64,000 bases of DNA from Leptogorgia sarmentosa (Eukaryota). Every line of letters starts with the position of its first letter. Position 1 is the first letter of the stretch. Below the pieces are notes generated by a model. That model was given only the letters and a program-made list of their open reading frames with translations. It searched no databases and was not told the origin of the DNA. The DNA lies in contig OZ210884.1 of the NCBI GenBank assembly GCA_964658305.1, positions 5,642,001 to 5,706,000 on the forward strand. The letters run 5' to 3'. The position numbers and the translations under genes are program-made. Below, in pieces: positions 21,801 to 32,800 of this stretch.

Positions 21801-24772
21801 AAAAAGGACTAGTTATTTCGTATTAGTTTTTCGCCGCCTGAGAAAATATCAATTCTTCATTTGTTTATGACGTTACAACCTGCAACTTGTTAGGGCAACA
21901 TCTTGGTTAAGACTTTAAAATTTATTTCACTTATTACAGCGAATAAACTGAGTTCTTTGACCATTTGTTGGTATACTTGAAACTGCTAACCATGCCCAAC
22001 GTTTTATTGACAATTTAAAAAGTATCCATCATGTCTAATGCTTGTTCTGTTGTGCGCGGATGTTAAAATGTCAACCAAGACGGCGGCCAATTGCGAACCA
22101 TAATCTTTTGGAGAAGCCAAACAAGTGTACATGTTCTGCCTCCGAAAATACACTTAATCTATCTAATATACCATATTGCAAATGATAGCGATTCACAGGA
22201 TATCTTGACGAGGGGGATGCTTGACAACAGCAGTTACTGTCTGGCGGAGGGGGCTGGATGGAAGGTGCAAATCACCTCCGAGGGAATTTTCACACTGAAC
22301 AGCATGACAGTGTTTAAGAAGTTTAAAATTGGGACACACAAAGCGAGAGAAATCGTGTACCGGAGCAGAATGAATGTCAGCGTACAAGAACTAAATGATG
22401 CATGTCTACTTTCGCTATAGTTATCTTTGTTTAAAAAATAGAGATCAGGTACTTAAACTTGCATATTCAGCGTCCAAATGTACACTTTTATTATAAACCA
22501 AATTTGGTGCGAAATGATAGGTGATGTTATAGCCAATTTATTTTATAGGTCAAAGCATTTTGAAAATCTGAATCATAAAGTTGTATGCAAGTCATGGCTT
22601 TTATTCACTATAAAGTACAAAAATCCTCAAATAGTTACCAAATTTTTCTTTGTTCCTCTTCAGTTAATCTGCCACTTTCATCCTCCTCCTTGATATCAAC
22701 ATCTCCTGGGATGGCTCGATATCTGCAGTACCTCACCTTTCCATCTTTAGCTTTGAAATGCATCGTCAACTGAGAGTAGTAGTATAGGTGTGCAAATGTG
22801 TCAGGAGCACGACGTATGGCTTCGATCAGATAATAATAACTATAATTGAGTTGCAATAAATTAAAGGAATTTCAGAGAACGCCTGGAAAGTTAGGCGAGA
22901 TTGTTTATAAGCAGTTCTGCTGAAGTATGCAGGACAAAGAAAATCATTCCCACACTTTTTTGAGGGATGTCCACCGAAAACTGATAGCTATAATTGTATT
23001 ACATTAGGATGACTGTGCACTCGGAGCGTCCATTGTACAGTTATAAAGCATTACTTGCGCCGGAAACCACAGTCAGACCATTCAAAGCTAAAGCTCAACA
23101 CAGAGACTAAAATCTGGACGCAGATAAATTAAATTATTATACATTAATTTTGTAGATGGTAAAAGCAATCTGATTGGCTAAGAGCATACAGTTAAATCGC
23201 GCAATTACGCAACCCACAGGAAATCCAGTTATCTGCTAGCAGATAACTGAGTTATCTGCTAGCAGATAACTAATTACTAGGTACAAAATGAGCCTGTTTT
23301 CAGTATGGTTTCATAAATAAAGTTTTTCATGCGTTAATACTTGGTTTATTATTCTTCAAATGTATAATAAAACAATTATTGAATTCGGTTTTTGTGATAT
23401 GCAAAATTATCAAGGTCTCGGTAAGCGTTACCTCGACCTTGATAATTCCGCATATCACAAAAACCTCATCCAATAATTGTTAACAATTACTTACTAATAA
23501 GGGTTTTTGTAAACATAATCTTCAATAGTAGCCCCTCCTCGATTTCTCGATATAAAATCTTCGAAACTTTGGATATTCCAGAAGATATTAGCTTCACCAG
23601 TGTTCATCATGATATCCATTGGACTTTCATGATCACTGTCAGCAAATTTGATTGAAAATGATCTGCCATCCCCACTTGCGTCATCCTCATGCGTCAGATT
23701 AGCGTGACGTAATCTTGCAGGAAATATGCGACCTAGTGAAGTGGATTTTCACCTTTTATATTGCATATTGGCATATTCGCAAAAAAAAAGGAGAAACTGC
23801 CTTTTGATAATAAACGAGAATTAAAATTACACATAAAATTTCTTAAAAACTTTCGTAAATTATTCAACAGTTTGTAGCGATCTTCAATCCAATCGCAAAT
23901 TGTTGTATATTATACTTAAGTTTATTTTAGCCATGTTAAAAATGTTTTTAGCCTTTTTATATATGGCTAGTACTGTACTAACCAGCGCTAAAGAATTCAT
24001 GTTCTGGAAATTTTGGGTTATCAACAATTTTCACTTCACCAACACCACCAACACCAAAAGGATGACTAGCTCTACCGAATCCTTTAATACTTGTTGCGAG
24101 GCCAAGTAGCATTTTGAATTTTTCTTTTTTCATCTTCAACTTAAGACGCCCAAATATGGGAGAATCAGGTGGTGGCTGAAAGTTAGACAATTTTAAATCT
24201 GTGAGATTTAATTGCATAGTACTGTAATGAACAATTCCCATTGTAGACTAATTTTTGATCCAGAGAAATCCATAGGAAAAACGAAATTCTCGAAAAGAAC
24301 CTTTCAAAAGTAGTTGAGAGCTTTTTGCCCGAATTTCAGGGTAGCGAATCTCATGAGGTGCGTTTGAACATTTAGATCTAGGTTGCTGGAACAGAGTCCT
24401 AACTTCACGATAACTAACTTCATGGTACGTTCGTTCATGTGAACGAATGAATAATTTTTGATATCACCTTATTCCTCAGATTTTTGCCCGAATTATGCTC
24501 AAAAGTTGCCCAAATTTTTGGCCTTCGAATTTTGAGTGCAAAAGTGTTGATCACTTACTGTGAGTTCATCTTTCAATCTTTTCTCTAACTCTTCTTTTCC
24601 AAATTTCTCGGCATATATTTCAAATCCAAAATTTTTCCCTATAAAACAACGTGTATCCACTTGGAAATATACAATATATACATCTTTCATATATTTGATC
24701 TTCAATTGTGAAGTTGTAAATTTTCAATGACAAGAAGAGAAACTGATATTAATGGTTTTACTTACAAACCAT
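15885..24772 (-). CDS. Catalase-related hemoprotein-lipoxygenase fusion, copy B (divergent AOS/HPL-like domain + PLAT + 8R-type LOX), 1067 aa
   Basis: 15 exons: 24772-24766, 24638-24559, 24175-23983, 23732-23495, 22839-22639, 21633-21394, 21195-20954, 20876-20698, 20047-19957, 19644-19467, 19111-18808, 18654-18346, 18086-17850, 17211-16687, 16064-15885 (3204 nt). Starts MVWKNFGFEI. Retains the distal His (RASHPF), Asn (MNTGE) and proximal RxxxY. LOX iron ligands HLLRTH, QHAAVN and C-terminal PNGTAI are present. Confidence 0.93.
20217..20262. repeat. Short perfect palindromic element in an intron of copy B
   Basis: CAACCTCGTTCCCAGGGTCTT gatg AAGACCCTGGGAACGAGGTTG. Confidence 0.85.
20290..20652. 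mobile_element. Harbinger-like MITE in an intron of copy B
   Basis: TIRs GCCGGTTTTCCACTTGCGAATTTTGT...ACAAAATTCGCAAGTGGAAAAACGGC with TAA-like flanks. A related shorter element lies at about 11224-11365. Confidence 0.75.
23370..23483. repeat. Long imperfect hairpin (interspersed repeat end) next to an exon donor of copy B
   Basis: aacaattattgaattcggtttttgtgatatgc...gcatatcacaaaaacctcatccaataattgtt is self-complementary. Confidence 0.7.
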
Positions 24773-25569
24773 CCCGACAATTGATGTTGATCGTCAATAT
24801 ATCTTGTTGATTTCTGCCAAGTATAAAAACGTTTAGCATAAACGTTTAGTAAAGTGTAAGAATAGCTTTATGGGAACTTTATTTTGAGAATAAACATCAA
24901 TTGGCACGGATCTATGCACAAAACAAACTGTTTCCGTTCGGGTCCGGTCAATATGTTTTCATTCTTTAGCTGCACCAAATCAATTTTATACATGATATTC
25001 CTTAAATGGAGTGGCCGAAGCTGGCGACAGTGACCATTTGTCGCTGCGGGGGTAATCGTTCATTCTGGAGTGATGCTCTGGTTACGAGATTGCGAGAAAA
25101 CTTATATAATTGGGGTGCGTCCCTCGTTTCTTCGCTATACCGTGAAAAATTGTTTGAACGTGATCGTAGGTCCTACTTATGCCCAATGAGTCATTATTGT
25201 GTCACGAGTGCGGGGAGTTCGTTCCCTTTGTCGTGCTTTGTCGCATATTTTCATGGACTAGTACTTTTTGCATTCTGTTTATTTGCACCGCCTACATTTC
25301 TAATAACTTTTGATGATTTTCGATGGAACTAGTGGTACTTTTTGACTTATATTGGCATATTTTATATACTCTATAGCTATATCTCATTGCAATTATAAAA
25401 ATAATAATCTTGCATTCCTTTAAATTAAACTGCAAGCTTGTTTTGCTACACATCAATGGTTTGCATGACGTGGCGTGATGTCTTAATTTGCCACGCTATA
25501 TTTACAATATTTTAGTAAAAATCGTGTAAATTAGCAGTAAAAAACATACGCTACTGAAAGCACTATACA

Positions 25570-25765
25570 GCGGGTGCAACAAATGATCAATTCCGGCAGG
25601 TTTGGTCTTTCTGTAAAAGCAACATTACGCATCAAATGGATCGATTTGGCTAAAGAAAATTAAACAAGTAGCTATAATCTCTGCGAGTGCAACAAATTAT
25701 CAATTCCGGCAGCTTTGGCCTTTCTGTAAAAGCAATATTACGCATCAAATAGATCGATTTGGCTG
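25570..25765. repeat. Local direct duplication (~80-bp unit, two copies) between the two fusion genes
   Basis: gtgcaacaaat(g/t)atcaattccggcag(g/c)tttgg(t/c)ctttctgtaaaagcaa(c/t)attacgcatcaaat(g/a)gatcgatttggct occurs at about 25574 and 25687. Confidence 0.8.
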
Positions 25766-26816
25766 GAGAATCAAGTAATCTCTGGATTATCTGTGATATG
25801 ATGTACAATTTTCTGTGGAAGTATGACAACTGGTACATATTCGCTGTCTTCTACACTGATACTTGTTCTATAATTATGTTATTGGTCAGATTACGGTAAA
25901 TTACGGTTAACCGTGCTTTGGCTCCAAACTCGCCGCAAGTTCAGGCAGGTAGAATCGAGTTTCAATAAGTGAAGGATAAGAAGCAATGATTAAAAACGTA
26001 TATATTCCAGCTGATAATTATTATTGAGGCCAATATTTCTATGCAAGTGTCAAGTGTGACTAGGAGACATCCACTGCCCAGCAGTGTTTATATAATCCTG
26101 AGCGCTTTTAAACACTCGAAAGTCATTGACAGAGTTTTTACTCGAATCTCAAATGTTAGCAACTTCATAATTACATAATGTTACTTTAATGACGTACCTT
26201 ATTCCTTTCCGTGAAGTCTAAATGAAGTTTTGAAATGGTGTGTTTTAAAGACCTCATGCACGATTGTCTGACACTATCAGCTGCGCACTGACGCGTACAG
26301 TTGGATACACGGCAATGTTTTATCTCTATCGTGTTTGTCCTATTAATCATATAGGGGGCAAAATGACTAGAGGATGACAATGAGGAGGGCGTTTTTTCTT
26401 AATTCAGGGGGCAAAATTACTTGGCCCTGATTGGCTAAATTTTCAGAATGTTTTTGTGTTCATTTAATTTCATGTCGGACTAATGCTTCCCGGCAGTATT
26501 TACCGCGTGTGAAATCGACAAATTGAATCAGTTTCAAACAATTTGGTAAATATTTAAACAAATTTTTTGAATAAACCTGCCGTTTATATAATTTGTTATC
26601 GTTTATTGCATTTCCCAACGTTTTTTGCTATGACTAATGTTCTACAAAATTTATTTCATAATACTAGTTTATACACATATTTATGCTTGAAAAGTTACGT
26701 CACACATTGCTTGTAGGCCCAAAACTGATAAACCCGGCCATGGTTATAATATGTGTGGACAGTGTGCTATCCAAATCATTTGCTTTGCTTTACTGTTCAT
26801 TTTAAACTAGCTCACA

Positions 26817-29800
26817 TTAGATCGCCGTTCCATTTGGAATGCGCTCTGGGAGAAGATAGACGTACGGAACTTCCAGATTCTTGTTTCGTTCTTTTATTTT
26901 CTTTGAAACATCTTCCAGTTTATCTTGGAAACGGTTGATTGCGTCAAGAGCTTCCTTGTCCTCCCAGGCTGTAGCACTGTAGTTGCCCAGATAGCGCTGA
27001 AAAATCAATAAATACTATTTTCATGGCCAACATTTGCATTTTAGAGGGGAAGAAAGGAAAGTAACAATTTGTTGCGCCCCATTCCCCTGATAAATTAGAT
27101 GAATTGCGGTCGTTTGGCCCACAATCGTTTGGCCCACCGTTAATCTAACCCTATGCCTGACCCTCGGCGAAATAAATGTGTGCGAACCGACATGAGGGCG
27201 AAAGGACTGGTTACCAATTAATGTCATGTGTAAATAAATAGAGGCCGGAAAATGCGGTTGCAATAAAACAAACCCACACTTCCCATCCCGGATGCTACGG
27301 CTTACCTCGTCATCAGAATATTTCGTCAAAATGTAGACAGTTGCAATAGCTTTGACTGCTTGAGCTTTGTTTGGTAGAGTTGACAGAATTGACTGAAGGC
27401 TTGCTTCTCCTTTCTTTTTTGGTGGTGGCTTTCGCATGATGGCTGGGGCGTTTGGTGTGAATCCAAAATGATCTTTCTGGCTGAAATTCACTGCCGCATG
27501 TTGGCAAGACAAGGTAAAAATGAGTGAGGTGAGAACTTCAATAAGTTGCTCGCGGCTTTCAAAGGACGTTGGGACTCCATGATCTTTATGATCAGATTTA
27601 GCACGCCAACCATTTTTGTGCACGTCATAGATCCAGCTTTGAATCTCATTATCTCGTTTTACGTCGTCATCGTTCTTGTAGAAGATCCCGATGATTTCAC
27701 CAACAAATGCCAGAATGATTTCCCACAGAGCCAGACCATCGTCTCGATAGTAATAACCTGGTAGCTTGGAAGTATCGTCAACACCGCGCTTTTTCAATGC
27801 ATCCGGAAAGTTGTAGTCTTGCAGATTCACCTAACAAAACGCAATGTTTTTTTAAGAAAACGTGCAGAACGTTTCTCTTCCCAAGAAAACGTTTTGAAAA
27901 AGTACGGCAGATAATTTTTATTGGTTTCGGTTTTTCAGTAAAAGATTTGAACTTTATTGCTTCAAGGATTTCGCTTTTCATTGTATTTAAGTCTTTTTCA
28001 ATTTAGGAGCATGGTCGCCATGTTTGTTTTGTTTTGAATCCTTGATGATTTTAGTTGATTTCAGTTTCTACTGTTTCTGACAAATCATGGCAGATCAGTT
28101 AATTCAGCTAAATTATATCCATAAAACATTTTCTTTATTATTGGAAGATGTTTACCTCTTTGAAACATTTCGCCATGAATGTGACATGACCACCTCCACC
28201 TAAAGACAATGATTTATCCACGATTCCTCCCGATCCAATCAACTCTTTACGACCAATTGTATCGATAGCAAGGATGCCATAGACGTGAGGATACAGTAAT
28301 TTAAATACCGGATGAGCTGAAGCAAGATTTCGCCATGTTGACAAGGCAAAAGGCTCACAACATAGATGTGTTCGTAGTAAGTGAGTATTGAGCTGAAAGA
28401 AAATGAACGGTTTGATTATTGGTGTATAGACGTTAAATGGTACAGTATCGTCAGCTGATCTTAACACTTAGAGATCTTTAGAGATCTTTCTGCTTGTTTA
28501 AAACAACTGGAAATGAGGATTGTATGACTGTTCTAACACTGCATGAAGGCATTTACCCACCAAAACATGACATCAAATATATACTTGAGCAACTTTGTCT
28601 TGTCCTATGCATTCATACATGCTTTAGTGTATAAAAATTAAGCATTAATAATAAGTAATGCTATTCTACAAACTATATGTAATCAAAATGGTTTTATTTC
28701 ATTCAGGGGAGCTGGAGATTAGCCATTTAAATACAATCAACATACCTGGTGGTAATTTGATTCGGCAACACCAACCCAAAACTTCGCCAACATCCAGTCA
28801 TGTACATTCGGCTCCTGCGGTGTCCATATTGGATTTTCTGGACCAGGTTCTTGATTAATTTGAATGGCAATTGGCATAAGATGACCAACTTTATTGACAT
28901 AAAACAAGGCAAGTGGCGCAGCACAGTAACGGATGTCTGCATCATCGTTGTTTAAGTGATCAGGTACTTTATATCCCTCGTCTTCTAATATTCGTCCGCC
29001 ATAGCATTTAGCGCCAACGAGTACTTTAAAATCAGCCAAATAGATATGTCCATCCTATACAATGGCAAAGATAAAACTGACACTGTGCGCCGTTGGAAGA
29101 CAAAAGCATCTCTGTGTAGTATCGACGAAGACGGCACAAGTTTTAGTGTCTAATAGTAATTCATTATAGTTAATTTCATATGCAATTGGTCGGTTGTTTC
29201 CCTTCTATATTCCATGGGCTCCTTACAATCAATGCGCCGTATCTATTTTTATTGTTTTTTATTGTAGACAATTTACCTGTACAGACTGCTTGTCTGTATT
29301 TTCAGTATATTATAACGAAAAATATAAAATTCTTGGAAACTTCTCCCCCAATTCCTAACTTTTCCAACGAAAATGCACTGCCAATTGTAGATGACGTAAT
29401 TTCATCAATATGTAATGGTAAGCGCTGAAGTGCAACGAAGATCGGTGGATAACCGGGGGGCATTGGGGGAAAGTGCCCCCCCCCACTTTTTGTACAAAGG
29501 GTAAATGTGCGCTTTTTTGAAAGGAAAATGCTCTTTTTCATCTGTGCCCTTTTTGGTTTGTGCCCCCCCCCACTTTTGAGGGGCTTCCGCGGCCCCTGGG
29601 GATATATAAATCAATAACGCATCAGTTCGTGAACCAAGCGTAAGAGCCTAGGAACAAAGTTAAACATGTCTCTCACCTTCATTTCTTGTTGCAACGTCTT
29701 CCCTCTATCCAATGAGGCTTTCACATCATTATTTGTTACTGGGAAATTTTCAGGAAGGGATTCACAACGAACCAGAGCGACAGGATTTGCCCCATTTAAA

Positions 29801-32800
29801 AACTTGTAAGCAAACCAACGATCTTCGCTCCATCGGTCCGCCATATTGGGAGTATCACCAAGGATCCAATTACGGTACAAAATACGGTAATCATCATAAT
29901 CATCCCAATCTTCGAATTTCGACAGAAACGAGGCAAAGCAAAGATTAAGCAGAGCTTCTTTTCTGCTTGACTGGTAAGACCTGAGGTAATATTGGAACGT
30001 GAAACAACGATTTTTCAGGACGTTCAATGTCAACTTAATGGAGTAGAATGAACGTTTTTGCATCGAAATAGTACAATAGGCAATTAAATGGCGCGAGGTG
30101 TTGGATTGTGGTTTTAATAGTGGTATTCGATTTATGGCTGGGAAAGTGGTTCAACATGGAAATTTTTAGATACCCATGCATTTTAGATACCTGGATTTCT
30201 CGTCAGTAAATTGAACATCGCGTGGAAGATCGCTATGAGCTTTTGCATTGATATTTCCTGGCATGTCGTCTGACACATAGGCCCACTGGTATGTCGCCTT
30301 TCTCTGCTTCAGTTCTTTCTGCCGCTGTTCACTAACTATCGCTGGTACTTGATGGAAAGGCAAGGTTGCTACAGAATTCGAAAAAAGAGCTACAATTAAA
30401 ATTTGTGTAAATAATTGTTTCCTGTGCGCCTATGACATGATCAATTATCGCGATGATGATTGATCTATTATCAATTATGAATGATCAATTATCGATGATG
30501 ATATGTACGCCGCACGGCATAACATTGCATCTCCTGTTCCAAAGAAGCCAATATACGTACATCCCGGTTAGCCAAAGGTTTATTGCAAGAGCTGAGTCTT
30601 ACCTTGACCAGGGAATAACACCATATCTTTGAGTATCCATCGGAAACATGGGAAAGAGTAGACGCGATCTTGACTTGAGCTCAATATAATGACCTAAATT
30701 CAATTTATTGCATGATTTGGTTAACTTATAGCTATTTACTCTCATTTTGAATGCCTATAGATAATTCCATTATCCTTTTCGCAAATAGTGGCCACCACAA
30801 AATTGACTGACTTTTCAAATACGAAATCCCAAAGTATTATTTTCTCAATGACAAGCAAAATATCTAGCACTTATTTTGTTCGAAGCACAAATATTCATTT
30901 CCATTATGGTAATTAAAATCTTCATATTTTCTCAAAAGCTTATTGCATGTATAGGGTGATGAATAGTGTTCTATCTCTGTGCCTCATTTTTTACGTGGTT
31001 TAAAATTCTGAAATGCACGTGGTACACACCCAAATACATTAATTATAGATCACAATTTTAATCCTCAAACATCTAATCCTTTGATTGACAAAGAATTAAC
31101 TCTCGTTATCTTAAACCTAGCTAGCCTGCGCGCGCGTAATCTCAACGGAGGGAAAACTCAAGAAAGCTGTTTACGTAGACATTGTGTGCGCAAGCAAAGA
31201 TTCAAACGGTATGTAAGTATGCTTATGAATCTAATTATTTTTTAGCTAGTCATTGATTTACCTTGTTCACAAACCAGTCTGGATCACCAGACCAATATCC
31301 TCCTCCATCAGAATGAAGCTCAATAAGATGAATATCTCCAACGTCGAAAGCTTCCACTTTATATTGCTCTTTACTTCCAGCTTCGAAATCATTATGGAAC
31401 CATTTGTCGAGCGTAAGATAATCTGTACGGCCTTTTGCACCTACAAAATTATATAAATTGGCGCCTTTTTACTGGCAGCTAAATTTTGATTTTCTCCACG
31501 TACTCTATGATGTTTGTGCATTAGCTGTGCTTTAGTGCTGAGTTACCTAGCAGATTAAAATAGATCAACTAAATATACTGTACCTGTAATTCTGATTGTA
31601 ATAGTTGAATCTGTCCCAGCATGCTCTCTGTCACCAGTCTCAATTTCAATATTATAGACAGCGTTTTGCCCAGCAGGGATAACGGAACCGATTTTTAACT
31701 TGCGAATATGCTGCACCCAAGAGTATACTGCCACACGCAACTCTCCAATGCTGTTATAATCACCAGGTGATTTAGCTTCAAGTAAGCCTAAGGAATCTGG
31801 CTGGTTAACAATGTTGAAACAAGTCCTAATTGAAAAAAATTACGATTGGTAAGTTTTATTTAAGACTTCACATTTTAGTCAGATATTTTGATCTGTAACA
31901 TATAATTTTGTGTAAGATGGGTTACAAAATGTATTAACGTTTTTTGATCTTGGTAAATGTTGAAATTAAGAATGTCAACCACGTGTTGGGGTGATTGCGA
32001 TCAATGATACAACCCAGGTCATCTCGTGTACGTGTTTTAGCCAATCAGCGTTCAGAAAGGGTTGTATATAGTAGTGGATTTCTTACCTTTCCAAAACATC
32101 TGGGGAAAGTGGAGTCTTGATTGACACAGTTGCCAGGTCAAACCAAGGATGTGTCTCCTTGTCCCACAAAATACCAGCATGAAAGATGGTTGCGGTGTCG
32201 CTCGGGGATGCTTCATGAATTTGAATTTGCAAGCGGTAATTTACAGCTCCTTTGCTCAAACGGTTGACGTACTCTTGGCGTAAATAGTCGTCGGGACGTT
32301 TCTCATTTTCATGTCGGCTGAAAATCCTATAGAATGCCAAGCCACAGTTTGAGCGTCATATTGCAACACAAAAAACACGTTACACCATTAAACGCTTATC
32401 CGAATTCCTTTCTCACGATTTTAAATAGCTAGGTCGACAAGCCATGATGATATCGAAACATTTTCTTATTGAGATATTATATGCAGTTAATCTCTTATTT
32501 GAAGACAACGTGCCTGATACTGGAGTTTAATCATGAAAAAATGGTGTATAATAGCACCAACTTCTCTTTGGGACAGACGTCAGTAGTTCCGGAGTTTGAA
32601 AAAATTCACATTCGTTCACTTGACTGTTTTGTTTTATATCGCTCTTGATTGGTACCGAATATGAAAATTGATACTTACCAAATTTTTCTTTGTTCCTCTT
32701 CAGTTAATCTGCCACTTTCATCCTCCTCCTTGATATCAACATCTCCTGGGATGGCTCGATATCTGCAGTACCTCACCTTTCCATCTTTAGCTTTGAAATG

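Noticed and set aside
27021..27305. Extended C-terminus of the 269-aa LOX ORF
   Set aside because: Read-through into the intron. A GT donor at 27305 and the terminal exon 26996-26817 supply the essential C-terminal Ile.
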